Assembly: GCF_006345805.1 (NCBI RefSeq)
Contig: NC_043022.1
Span: 19,902,001-19,966,000 of the forward strand
Length of the DNA stretch: 64,000 nt
Reading direction: 5' to 3'
DNA from: Octopus sinensis
Taxonomy: Eukaryota
Shown here: positions 1-13,317 of the stretch, in pieces
How positions within the stretch are numbered: the stretch's first letter is position 1
How the letters are laid out: every line of letters starts with the position of its first letter
Translations under genes and position numbers: made by a program
Notes under the pieces: generated by a model
Told to the model about the DNA's origin: nothing
Databases searched by the model: none
The model's input: only the letters and a program-made list of their open reading frames with translations

Positions 1-140
1 ACTTAATTTTTAGACCCCGAAAGAATGGTGAATTACCGCTAAGCATTTCGTCCAGCATGCTAACAATTCTACCAGCTCACTGCCAACAACAACAATAATA
101 ATTCATCAACATAGCTATACCTGCAGGCCAGAATTATGTG

Positions 141-650
141 ACGACAAAAGACAAGTTGGGCAGGAACAAAATCTAAGATTGGAAGTGAAAAGACTCCATG
201 GTGCCTCACAAAGCGAGTGTGGTACCTACTGTGATCAGTGCACTTGGAACCGTCTCAAAAACAGCAATATTCTGACATCAAAAGCTGCAAATACCATACT
301 TCTTGGGAAGTATTCAGGTGACAGCAATAATTAGAATGGGTCCTGTGTTGAGAAAGGGTGTCGTGTCTCTAAGCCAGTGGTTTTCAACCAGGGTTCCGCC
401 AGTAGAGTCCAGGGGTTCCGCAAGAAGTTACAGAACTGCTAAAATCGGCAGTAATTTTTAATTTTCCTGTGAAGATATGTGTGCATAAGACTATTAAATT
501 ATTGCACAGGGGTTCCCCAAGCCAGTGGAATGTTTCCTTGGGGTTCCGCTCCAGCAAAATGTTTGAAAAGCACTGCTCTAAGCAGTCGAACTGAGCAGAG
601 ATGTGACATGGATAAATCAGGAGAGGATAAGTAAATAAAAATAATATTGA
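141..650 (+). mobile_element. 3' end fragment of an R4/Dong-like (RLE) non-LTR retrotransposon, interrupted by a hAT MITE
   Basis: Broken frames LRLEVKRL / ASVVPTVISALGTVSK resemble the R4-clade C-terminus. Confidence 0.6.
375..575. mobile_element. hAT (Charlie-like) MITE
   Basis: TIRs CAGTGGTTTTCAAC / TTTGAAAAGCACTG; perfect 8-bp TSD CTCTAAGC (367-374, 576-583). Confidence 0.88.
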
Positions 651-3600
651 TAAGTACTAAAGTTGGCATAAGGCCTGAAATTGGAGGGGTGGGGTCGTAA
701 TTGATATCATTAACTCCAGTATGTAACTGGTGTTTATTGTTTCAATACTGAAAGATGAAAGGTAAAGTCAACCTTGGCAGAATTTGAACTCAGAATTGAA
801 GACAAATGAAATGCTGCTACTAAGCATTTTGTCTTACATCCTAATAATTCTGCCATCTCACTGCCTTAATAACAATATCAGTTTCAAAATTTAGCACAAG
901 ACCAGCAATTACAGGGAGAAGTGGGTAAGTTGATAACACTGATCCCCAGCATTCAGCTGATGATGATTTTATAGACCCTGAAAGGATGACCAGCAAAGTT
1001 GACTTTGATGGAATTTGAACTCAGAATGAAATGATGGATAAAATTGCGACAAAGCATTTTGTCCAGCATACTAACAGTTCTGACAGCTCATAATAATAAT
1101 TCAGAAGGGGTTTTGAGCACTTCATGGCTTATTGAAATCTAAAGTTGCAGGTAGTAACCGGCTACCCACATAAATTCTACCAGAAATAAGGTCAGTTCTG
1201 AGACAATAAAAATAATAAGATATAGAGATGGAAAAAATTTGCAAGTAACAGAAAGAAAGATAGAAACTCGTTTGATCTTTTTAAAAGAAGATGAATTAAG
1301 AAGATAGACTAAGTCAAAACAAGTATTCTGACATTTTCTATATATTTGAATATCAATGAATTACTTCAACTCGTGGCTAAAATGTGAGTGTGCAAGTCAA
1401 CTTGAGTGTATGGTGGAAGATAGTTGCCAAATGCCAACAGCCAGTCACATCTAACCCAGAACATCTGGACTGAGAAGTGACTTTTTAGGAAAATGGCTGC
1501 ATGGGTAAGAAGTCTACTTCCCACTCAGATGGTTCCAGATTCAATCTAACCACATGGCACCTTGGGCAAGAGTCCTTTGCTAAAGCCCTTGGCTAACCAA
1601 AGCATTGTGGATGGATTTGGTAGGTTGAAACTAAGTCTGTTTGTGTGTGCATGAGTGAGTGTATAAATGCTTATATAAGCATATATATGTGTGTGGAGGC
1701 ACAATGGCCCAGTGGTTAGGGCAGCGGGCTCGCGGTCGTAGGATCGCGGTTTCAATTCCCAGACCAGGCGTTGTGAGTGTTTATTGAGCGAAAACATCTA
1801 AAGCTCCACGAGGCTCCGGCAGGGGATGGTGGCGATCCCTGCTGTACTCTTTCGCTACAACTTTTCCTCACTCTTTCTTCTGTTCGAAGCGCATTGTGAC
1901 CAGCGATGTGTAGCAACATTTGATAGCCTCCTCGATCACAGTGAAATATATATATATATATATATGAATAAAAATAAGGATAAGATCGTTAATTAAAATA
2001 AAATAACGAACTTATCAAGTGGCCAGCATGGAAAAAATAACCTTCAAAGGTAATAATTATTAAAATTATATATGAGGGTATCTACGAGATACCACCATGC
2101 TGAAAATAGCAGCCATGATCTGACTCTAAAACTACCTTAAGTTTTCATAAAGCAACATGGAGAAATTAGTAAAAAATTACTGGATAATTCCATATATATA
2201 TGTGTTCTTGGGAACACATTCTTCGTGGAAAATGGCGATTTTGATGTCTATATCTAGCATACAGGCTGTCCACTTTTAGTGGTCAGTCTTCTAAATTTTG
2301 TATATATATATCATCATCATCGTCGTTTAACGTCCGCTTTCCATGCTAGCATGGGTTGGACTTGTATATATATATAAGCATTTAATGTCTGTCTTCCATG
2401 CTGACATAGGTTGGACAGTTTGACTGGGAACTGACATGCTGCAGGGCTGTGTTGAATTCCTGTGTCATCTTTGGCATGGCTTTTATGGCTGGATGCCCCT
2501 TACCAACAGCAACAACTTTACAGATTGTACTGGGTGCTTTTTGTTTTGTGCCTTAAGTAGTAGTGATGCTGCCGTGTGACTTGCAAGTTACCAAGAGAAC
2601 ATGGCTAGAGGAGAGGGGGGGGAAAGCTCCCTTAACTAAGAGGACGTATTGGAGGAGGTACCTTTATGTCAGATGCTGAGGGGGCTAGAGTATGAGAGAG
2701 GGACAAGCACAGGTGCTTCACTATAGAGAAGATACATGGCTAAAGGAGACAAGTGGAAAGTAGTGATATGGTGCTAGAGCAAACTCTCAAGGAGTAAGAA
2801 GGTGAAATATATATGTGAATGTGTGTGGGTGTGTGTGTTGTGTGTGTGTGTAATTAATTAAATTTCAGTAACACAGTAGCCATGATTATTCAAATATATA
2901 GTTTGAAACAAAATGTCCGATACTCATATATAACCATTATAAGATATAGCAGATCATAAGAAAAATAGAGAGAGAGCAATTAAAAAAGAAATTAAATATC
3001 AAAAAAATTACTGAAATTCAGGTAGAAGCCAGCACTGTAATTAAGCAGCCAAAAGGTAATTTTGCCCTATTTTTCAACTTTCATTATAAATTAAAAATAA
3101 AAATTTTTTTTTTCAATTATATCTTTCTTCTTTTATAAACAACTACACACACACAAAACCAGAATTCAGACGACACGGAGTCTATCAGTACGTGCCCATG
3201 TGAAAACTTGGAGATTTAAAATTTTTTTTTTGTATTTTGGTTTTGGTATCAAGGTTAAAAAAAAAAAAAAAAAAAAAAAAAACCCACATTTGGTCATCAA
3301 AGGTTTGCTAAGCTGCAAATTGTTTTGGAAACATTAAAAAGCAGACAAAATCAGTTAAAAAAAGAACCCCAAAAATACTGGGTTCTTTCTTGGCATTTTT
3401 TTTTTTAAACATTTAGTAGAACATTCAGAGGAGCATCACAGTAAAACAAAAAAAAAAAAGAGAGAGAGAGATAGATATGGAAAAAAGATAAACAATGTTC
3501 ATAGATTTAGAAATAACTTGGTGAAAAAAAAAAGCTTTCTACAAATGATGAAGAAATGCCCCTTAACGATTTAGTAGTTTATCTAAAAAGGCTGTTGTGC

Positions 3601-4715
3601 GTGTTTGCATCTAAGTCTTTTGTATAAGATATCTGTTGGAAACTGGTGCGTTCCAATTCACAATGAACAAGAAAGAGCATGACAATAAAACTGAGCTAAC
3701 AACAGGTACACAGCTACACACACATATACACATATATTAAAGACTACACCATGCTTTTTGTGCTTATTTTAGCAAGCTATTTACTGTTGGATGCCCTTCC
3801 TAGTGCTTTTTACATGGCCCCACCACGTACAAGATCAGTTTTGGCATGGTTTTTACAGTGTGGACTGGGTGCATTCTAACTTTTCAAGCAATGGACTGTT
3901 TATTCCAATCAGTTTCAGAAGAGCAAAGCTATAAGATTGATTTTGTTTATACAGAGGATACAGAATGTGAACACACACAGATATATGACAAGCTTCCATA
4001 CAGTTTTCTGTCTATCAACACAGCTCACAAGGTATGGTTCGGCCTCAGACTAGAGCAGAAGACAATTGCTCAATGTATGGCAATGAGATACAACTCAAGA
4101 CTGCAAGGTAACCGAATTAACTAAATACCCACAGTCATGTCTGTGACTACCCACCCAATCACCCATCCATCTATACCAGTGGTTCTCAACCTTGTTTTAC
4201 CCATGTGTCCCTTCGATTCTTAATGTACAAAATGCAGGAACTATTTCTCAATGAGGGCCTTCCCCAAACAATCCACTGGCTTTCTCATAAAATCAGAATG
4301 TTATGGCCTCACACCTCCCTTAAAACACGGTCCAGAAAATAGCTACATGCTCCTCTCTACATTCTTCCCTCCATCCTCACCTCCCTCTCTTTTTCTTTCA
4401 CTTAATAAGCCTGATGATGCAAGGTCTACTGGGAAGCTTGTAATGTCTGCCTAAACTAGCAAAATTATTCTTCACTCCATTCTGCTGAGAAAGCAAGCGA
4501 CGACCCTATGAATTAATTATGGGATCTGATTTGTACTGGCAAATTGTAAACATGTAAAAACTTTTCTTTCTTTCTTTCTTTCTTTCTCTCTCTCTATATA
4601 TATGCACATATGTAACCCTAACGCTAACCTTAATGTAATTAATTTTCTTTTATTAAGCTTCAACCAAACTATGCTAAATGTGAATGCTCCCTAGACATTT
4701 TCTTATTTGTATATG

Positions 4716-4768
<53 letters not shown>

Positions 4769-5131
4769 TATATATGTATATATATATATACACAAACATA
4801 CATTATGTGTATATGTATGTGTGTGTGTATATATGTATATATATATATATATATATACATACACACATACTCATGCATATATCTATATACATACTCATGC
4901 ATACATTATGTGCATACATATACATACATTGTGTGTTTGTGTGTGATTTATCAATAACATTCTAAAAACTATGAACATTGTTAGTCTTTGCAGAACAGTT
5001 ATGAAATACACATCTTGATAAACAAGGCGTTGAGGTGATGAAGCAGAAACATAGAGAGGACACACAGACAGACAACGTTGGTGAGAGTTTTAGTAAACAT
5101 ACATTGACAACAGTTGCCTTGCTTATATATA

Positions 5132-5171
<40 letters not shown>

Positions 5172-5266
5172 ATCCAAACAAGAAAGCACAAAAAAAACAC
5201 AACAACGCGAGGCCGTGGAACAAATAAAGTATTATTGGACGCTCAGGAAAGAAGGGAAGAAGGAGA

Positions 5267-5301
5267 GTTTAACGTTTCGAGCGGAGCTCTTTGTCGGAAA
5301 C
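5267..5301 (-). ncRNA. Degenerate minimal type I hammerhead motif (core CCGACAA)
   Basis: Minus strand GTTT-CCGACAA-A-GAGC tcc GCTC-GAAA-C GT T-AAAC: helix I 4 bp, helix II 4 bp, palindromic ACGT helix III; two core deviations. Confidence 0.6.
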
Positions 5302-6740
5302 ATAGGAAAAGGAAAGATCCCGAGAAGGGAAGACAGAGGAAAAAAAAATCGCCAACGGTACACACGAGGTCACATATTGAAAGAGTTTTCAAAGACAGTA
5401 TGGTAAAGAAAGTGAGAGGGGGAAAGTGTGTGGATGTGTGCATACGGGGAGGTCTGCGTGTGCGCGTGTGTGTGTATGTGTGCAATGATGACACGTGTGT
5501 GTGTGTGTATGGCGAACAACTGGCTAGTAGCTGGCCAGTATGTAAGAATTAAGGAGTGGTGTTTTTGGGTCCAGTCACAGGTTAAAAACAAAGAGGTATG
5601 TGTGTGTGCGTGTATGTATATGTATCGTGTGTGTTCGTAGAGTTTGGGTGTGTGGCGAGTAACTGTGCTTAACTTAGTGTATGTGTGCGTGTGTGCTTGT
5701 ACGTGCATGTGTGTATATATATATATGTATAATTGTGTGCGTGTATGTATAGTTGTGTGCCGTGTGTATGGGGTGTACGTGTGGGTTCATTTGTGTGTGT
5801 TTGTGTGTGTGCGTGTATGTGTGTGTGTAAGCGTATATGGATGTATATGCGTGTATCCGTGGGGTTGTGAGTTTTGTGTGTGTGCATGCGCGTGTAGGTA
5901 TATATTGTGTGTATGTATATGTGTCGGTGTGTATGTGAATTTGTGTGTGTTTGTACATGTGTATGTGTGTGTGCGTGTATGTATATGTAAATGTGTGTGT
6001 GTGTACGTGCGTGCAAGTGAATGTATGTATATATGTGCATGTGTGTACAAATGTAGGGGTTTATATGTGTGTTTATATGTTTATATGTGTGTATATGTAT
6101 GTATACAAGCACACACATACACACACTCACGCACGCCTGCAATACAGCCAACCCCATATGCATGCATGTAATGTATGTATGTATGTATGTATGTGTGTGT
6201 GTATATGTGTATGTATGTATGTGTATGTGTGTATGTATGTATGTGTGTAAGTATGTGTGTGTATGTATGTGTGTATGCATGTATGTGTGCATGCGTGTAT
6301 GTGTGTGTATGTATGTATATGTGCATGCGTGTATGTGTGTATGTGTGTGTATGTATGTGTGGTATGTGTGTATGTGTGTATGTATGTGCGTATGTAAGTG
6401 TGTGTGTATGTATGTGTGTGTGTATGTGTGTGTTGTGTGTGTGTGTGTGTGTGTGAATGTGTGTGTGGGGTTTCTTCTGAAGTTATGTGGGCGTAATGTA
6501 CATGCGTATCTGTATGAGTATTGTTTGTAGGTGTGTGTGCATGGGCATGTGTGTGTGCACGTGGTGGTGTGTGGGTGCGTGTATAGGTGTGGAAGTATGT
6601 GTGCGTACATGTGCATGTAGGTTGTATGTGTGTGGTGTGTTGGAAGTAGGTGTGTTCGTGGATACGTGAGTATGTGTGTGTGTGTGTTTCTGTATAAGGA
6701 CAATATAAAAAAAAAGAAGGGGAGAGGTGGAGCGCAGTCA

Positions 6741-8744
6741 CTAAGAGGAGGGGACTGTGTTGAGTCCATGTGGGGTATTGGTTTGTAGAGTGAAAATGAA
6801 ATGTTGCTCCAAGTGAAGCCTGGATTGTGGAGGACCGTTGTGTGGGGCGAGACCAAACACAGAGATGTCATCGGGGGAATGGCTGGTCGAGCGGAAGTGA
6901 CATGTGACGGGAGAATTGGACCGTAGAAGAATATCCCTTAGATGTTCGGCGAATTGGTCTGACAACCGGCATCCCGTCTGTCCTATATACGGCATTCTGC
7001 AGAGGTTGCATTTAATGCAGTATATGAGACCAGACGAAGTACATGTAAAAGAATGTCTGATACGTATAGTTCGCTGGTTGGAACCGGTGACAGCAGTGGT
7101 GTTAGTGATGAAGGGGCAGGTGTTGCAGCGGGATCTGGAGCACGGGAAGGATCCGTGTGGGGAAGAAGAGAGGGTGCTACGGACCAGGAGGTCGCGTAGA
7201 TTCCGGGCTCGTTTGAAGGAGGACAGGGGTGGGTTGGGGAAAATGGGGCGGGTCGTGGGATCGAGCTGGAGACGACGTAGTATCTTCCGATGAAGAGGTA
7301 GAGTAGAGAGGTGGAAAAGGAGGGGAAAGGGGGTGCAGTTTGGGGGTGGGTGAGAGGAAGGAGAAAGGGCGGTGGTGCGGTCGATGCGACGGTCGCAGGC
7401 GAGGGCGTTCAAGACCAGTGTAGGTGGGTATCCTCGATGCCTGAACAGGCGGGCCAGGTATTGAGACTGGGTCTCGAAATCCTGGTCACGGCTGCACAAG
7501 CATTGGAGGCGGAGCAACTGGGAGTAGGGGATGGCCCGTTTGGTGTGGAAGGGATGGGAGGAGGAGAAGTTGAGATAGAGGTGGGAATTCATGGGTTTGA
7601 AGAAGGCGGAGGTGGTGAGAGAGTGGGAGGGGTGGTCGATGCTGAGAGAGATATCAAGGAAGTTGACAGAGGTATTGGAGATGGTGGAAGTGAATTGTAG
7701 AGAGGGGCAGAAGTTAGAGAGGAAAGAGATGAAGTGGCAGAGTTGTTCACGGGAAAGGGAGGTGGCGCCTATGCAGTCGTCTATGTAACGACCGTATAGT
7801 TCTGGGGTCGACCCGGAGAATTGGGAGAATACTTGGGCCTCAATGTAGCCAACAAAGAGATTGGCGAAATTGGGGCCCATTCTCGTTCCCATCTCGACCC
7901 CAGGCAACTGTTGGTACGTTTCCCCGGCGAACATGAAACAGTTGAGAGTGAGGACGAGCTCTGCCAGGCGTAGAAGGGTAGGGGTGGGGTCGGGACGACG
8001 GTCGAGGAAGTGTTGGAGGGCTAAGAGACCGTCGTTGTGGGGAATTACAGTATACAGGGATTTTATGTCTAAAGTGAAGAGGAGGTGTGAGGGGCTAGGA
8101 GGGGAGGAAAAGGAATTGAAGAGACGGAGGGCATGGTTGGTGTCATGTATGTGGGTTGGGAGGGCTGCGACTAAGGGGGACAGGATGCGGTCGAGGTATA
8201 GGGAAAGGTGTTCAGTGGGGCAATTACAGGCGGAAACGATGGGGCCACCAGGGTTATTGGGTTTATGAATTTTGGGAAGGAAATAGATGGTGGAGGTGCG
8301 GGGGTGCGGACGATGAGGTTGGTGGCGGTGGGGGGGAGCGAAGAGGAGATGAGGGAGGAGGAGAGCAGAGAGAAGAGGAGATGAGGTTGTGGATGGTGGA
8401 GGACACCGCTCCTGTTGGTAGGAAGAGGTGGGATCGGAGTGGAGGGGAGCGGATAGAAGAGAGTAGAAGAGGGGATTTTGAAATTTGGCTGAGCGCTTCC
8501 TCCCTGTTATAGATCTGCGCGCCACACCACCACTGCTCCGCCTTTGTCTGCCAGTTTGATGACAATGTCATTGCGGCGATGGAGGTGGCGAAGGGCAATC
8601 AATTCAGCCCGAGTGAGGTTGTCTCGGAGAGGTCTTTTATTAAAGTTAAACTGGTTGACCAACGCGTTGCAGTCATTCACGAACAAATCTAGGCTACTGA
8701 ATTGGCCTGGGGGCGGCGTCCAGTTGGATGGGCGGCGCCTCGGC
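6741..8744 (-). pseudogene. Disrupted Penelope RT / GIY-YIG endonuclease ORF
   Basis: [61 protein letters not shown], CxxxxCxxC linker (CSRSRCNTC), LIYCIKC..YIGQTG, LEQHFI..HGLN; split over three frames (shifts near 8510 and 8290). Confidence 0.95.
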
Positions 8745-8896
8745 ACACATATATACATGTACATACATATATATATAAATATATATACACACATATACAT
8801 ATATATACAAATATACATACACACATATATATATACATACACATGTATATACTTACACACACATATATATATACATGCATACATATATATACATGC

Positions 8897-8933
<37 letters not shown>

Positions 8934-9246
8934 CATATATATATACATGCATATATATATATATGCATATATATACATGCATATATATATATACATACAC
9001 ATATATACATGCATATACATACATATATATATACCTACATATATATATACCTACATATATATATATACATCTATATATACCAAACATACGTATATATATA
9101 GACATATATATATATATACCTACATATATATACATCTATATATACCTACATACAATTAATCAAAATAAAAACATGATGCCAAGAATTATACATATATAGA
9201 CATATATATACATATATTATACACATACCACACACACACACATATA

Positions 9247-9287
<41 letters not shown>

Positions 9288-9290
9288 CAT
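8745..9290. repeat. (TA)/(TACA) compound microsatellite
   Basis: Direct inspection. Confidence 0.95.
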
Positions 9291-10036
9291 AGTACATGTG
9301 CACACATACTTACATATATATATAAACATTCACATCATGGCATGATTATCTTTGCTTAAAATACTTATTAGCCTGTAAATATTCACTGTCAAATATATTA
9401 ATTTCAGTTTTACAATACAGGGCTGACATGGTCCCCTTACATAATCTTTAAGTTGCACTGCCCCACTAAATTAAAAGAAATATATATTATACATATACAC
9501 ACATGTATGTATGTATGTATGTAGGGATGTATGAATGTATAGATATATCTATCTATGTGTGTGTGTACATAAATACACCCACACACAATGGGCTTCTTTC
9601 AGTTTCCATCTACCAATCCACTCACAAGGCTTTCATCGGCTTGAGGCTATAGTACTAGACTCTTGTTCAAGGTGCCAATGAGTGGAACTGAATCCAGAAC
9701 CATATGGTTGGGAAGCAAACTTCTTACCACTCAATCATGCCTGTTCAGTGGTGTTGGTCAGTTTTTCGTTTGTTTTTTTTTTTAGACAAACAATAAAATG
9801 TTCAATATCACAGAATTAAAAAAAAAACCCCAAAACTTGAAGATAATCAAATACATAACAAATGCTATGATGTACATATATGTTGATATATATGTAAATG
9901 TGTACACACACATATATATACACCACACACACAATATGTGTATGTGAATCCTAGCATGCAGCAAGATTCATATTCAAACACAAGACAATTCGCAGCATCA
10001 TCAGCAACAATTCCGACCCGCAAAACCAAATGTCTT

Positions 10037-10296
10037 TTACAAGACATCCACAAAAAACTCACATGGATTTCCCATGGCCATTCTGAAAGACTGTCGACTG
10101 CCAGACAGGTCTGGGGGCATCTGTCCAAGCTCGCGTGGCATAGGCGGGAGACTGCGTTCACTAGGAGCTCCCCGCCTGGCACTGGCCAAACTACCAGTGT
10201 CTGTATCACTGCTACCACTTCCAGCAGGGCTTGCAGATTTCCGTTCGGACTTCTCCTTGTCTTTCTTCTTCTCACTGCTGCCAGATGCACTACTCC
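10037..10296 (-). CDS. dsh: Dishevelled last coding exon: [16 protein letters not shown]...[24 protein letters not shown]
   Basis: gtcttttag|GG acceptor; 260 nt to TAA; diagnostic SRQSF-MAMGNP-EFFVD C-terminus. Confidence 0.96.
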
Positions 10297-12394
10297 CTAA
10301 AAGACAAAGATAAACACATTAGGCACATTAGGAAAATGTGAGCAAAACAAAGAAAGTAGTTAGCGTGTTGGCAAAGCTTTACAGTAACCTCAGGTTTCTT
10401 TGTGAAAAAGAGAACAAGATGTTGGTTTAGAAAACAAAGGTGGAAATAAGAAAAAGTGCATGTGTTTGTGTATGTGCAAACAGTTGCATATAACTGCAAT
10501 ATGTTTCTAAATTCCTCTTGAGATTGGTAGATTACAAGATAAATATTAGTTAAAAATTAACATATAAACCCAAAACAACTGAATCCATAAATTTGTGTGT
10601 GTGTGTGAGTCTGAAGCCACCTCCATCTTTCACACATAGAAAATTAATAAATATCAGAGCAAAGATGTTTTAGATGAGTAATGCAGGACCCTGTGTCGTG
10701 TAGTGCTGGTTTAAATGTAATCGTGTGTGCATTTATGCATAAGGATAAAGAGAAAAGGAGCAGTAAGCAGAGAAAGAGAGATGGTGAGAGAAGAGAGACT
10801 AAGTGAAAAAATTCTAGAGAGAGACTGAGACAGAGCAGGGTGTATAAATTTGCTAGTATTTCAATAAATCTCTTTTAAGAAACAAAGTATTTGCTTTACA
10901 TATTAAAAGTCATTTTCCAGAGTGGAATTATCTTTCTCTTTAGAATAACATTGTTCCATTGAAGCACACCAATAACTTTATAATTATTTGACATTAATAT
11001 CAGTCATTAATTAATTATCAGAAAATTAGGATTTTCTTTCTTCTTATTTTCAGGTGTGACGTTACTTTTTTAAGGTGAAGGTGTAAACAATTAATCAACC
11101 ACTGCCTAAGGGATGCAGAACAAAGAAAGCATTGGGAGTCACCACTCTTAATCATCATCTTTTGGGTGCTTGTCATGATCATTTTTTCCATCACCTGTGT
11201 TCATCATATTATCATCACCGTCATCATCATCATCAACATCATCAGTTTCACAATTTTTGTTTTGTTTTAACATATCCATAGACCTGGGAATATGGATCTA
11301 TGGCAGAATATTTTCCCATTTTACAATTATAGGGTGAGTGCACTAAGCGGTGATAATTAAAAGTGTGATGTTAATACCAGTTCAAATATGCTAGAAGCAC
11401 ATTCAAAATTGTAAACAAACCATTCACTATGTTTTTGTCCGGGAGAAAAACTTCTTAATGTAGACATATGTTCTAAATACATCCACATCAGCTTGCAGCA
11501 CCCCCTATCCAGACTGTGACAGTGGTGCTGCCATCTGGTCTCTGTGACTGAAGAGCAGATAACTACTCTTGCATCTCAGTTTGGATAGGTGGTGCAGTGA
11601 GCTGATGTGGGTCTATTTACAGCATATATCTACGAAAAATTTTCTCCATGACAAACACAGTGAATAGTTTGTTTACAAGTCTGAATGTGCTTCTAGCATA
11701 TTCAAACTGGTATTAACATTCCATTTTACAATCTCTTCATCAAAGCTATGCCCCATCCTTTATACCAACACTGTCGTCCTCTTCATTATCACCACCACTG
11801 TCCACAGTTTAACATCTATTCTCCACATACACACACACACCTCTGTGGACCCAATGGTAAAACGAAGCTATTTTAGTGCTGCCATTTTTAAAGGAGAAAA
11901 AAAAAACACAAGGTAATTATAACACGAGGGTGATTTGACTGCTATTTCACATAAGTTGAGCAACCATATAGTAGTTTCCGCAGTTCACTGGTCATAGATA
12001 TCACAAACAGGGAGCATGTGTGTGTGTATGAGAGCATGTGCATGTGCTTTCATGTGTATCAACTTTTCAATATTTCATGTGTGAACCCAGATGCTCACCT
12101 TCCCTTTTCCTCTGCCTCCCCCCCACACACACACACATTTGTCTCATTTTAACGTATCTTTCTGCAGTTTCCAATCAACCAATTCTTGTCTGGTGAAGAC
12201 CAAACACAAATACCATATTAAAGAATTAAAATAAAAAAAGACTTTAGCTCAAAATATTACAAGATATCAGACAAGATCCATACTACCACCAGGCACATAT
12301 TATTCACAGTTGTGTGTGTGTGTGTGGTATATATATGTTTGTGTGAGTGTGAATTGAGTGTGAATATATATATATATAATATATATATTATATA

Positions 12395-12430
<36 letters not shown>

Positions 12431-12519
12431 TGTATCTATCTATATATATATATATGTATGTATGTATGTATGTATCTATCTATATATATATATATATGTA
12501 TGTATATGTGTGGTGTGCA

Positions 12520-12590
<71 letters not shown>

Positions 12591-12678
12591 GTATACACGC
12601 ATGTAAATATATATGTATAAAATGTCCACAGAATTAACTTGTTGAAATCTACCAACGAAGAAGAGACATAACAAGTTT

Positions 12679-12911
12679 TTATCTTAGCCAACATCTCGAA
12701 AACTTGTTGCCACAGGCATTGGAAACATTATCAACATAGAAATAATAATAATAATAATAATAATAATAATCTTTATCATCATAATTATCAACACCATAGT
12801 TATCCGCATCATCATCACCACCATCTCCATCATAATTATTGTCGTCACCATGATAGCCATCATCACTGCTGCCATGATAATCATCATCATCACCACAACC
12901 AACATCATCAT

Positions 12912-12942
<31 letters not shown>

Positions 12943-12995
12943 TCCCACTCCCACCATTAATTATCATCATCTTCACAATCGCCATCATCATCATC
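12679..12995. repeat. (AAT)/(ATC) trinucleotide compound repeat; similar block at 58510-58770
   Basis: Direct inspection; explains the poly-M/I/H ORFs. Confidence 0.9.
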
Positions 12996-13317
12996 AGCAG
13001 CACCAGGATAATACCCACCCAGCTTTCGTCTTAAGGTAGATGAGAAAATATCAATTCAACCATACTGTTGAATTAAATATAGAAGAGATTAAGACATGGT
13101 GGCCTGCATGATACATTTTCCTGAAAATTTGCTGCTACTTTTGCCATTTAAAAAACTATTGCCATCAGTTATTTTTATCATCATCATCATGATCGTCCAC
13201 ATCATCGTCACATCCTTCACTTTTCCACACTTCAAGCATTCATTCTGGTCCACTAAAACACAAAATTGTTGCAGCCAGAATAAGTAGAAAACACACACAC
13301 ACACACACAGAGTATAG

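Larger units (their letters stand above)
5168..8744 (-). mobile_element. Penelope-like element (Neptune type), 5'-truncated, with microsatellite-filled 3' region and hammerhead-bearing tail
   Basis: RT plus GIY-YIG ORF (6741-8744), simple-repeat block (about 5450-6690), tail (5168-5420) with hammerhead-like motif, TA-type repeats on both flanks. Joining the tail to the ORF is an inference. Confidence 0.8.

Noticed and set aside
4669-6871. Long ORFs rich in H/T/Y/I/C/V/M (also near 8500-9200, 12300-12700, 35200-36450 and 61400-64000)
   Set aside because: Translations of TA/CA/TG microsatellites, which lack stops in several frames.
6904-8512. Plus-strand ORFs of 65-135 aa
   Set aside because: Antisense shadows of the C-rich Penelope ORF.
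11030-11110. Strong plus-strand acceptor ttttctttcttcttattttcag|G
   Set aside because: All frames stop quickly and no partner exons were found; an antisense lncRNA cannot be excluded.
12679-12957. Poly-Met/Asp/Tyr and poly-His/Ile ORFs (also 58436-58804)
   Set aside because: Trinucleotide repeats with no splice or homology support.
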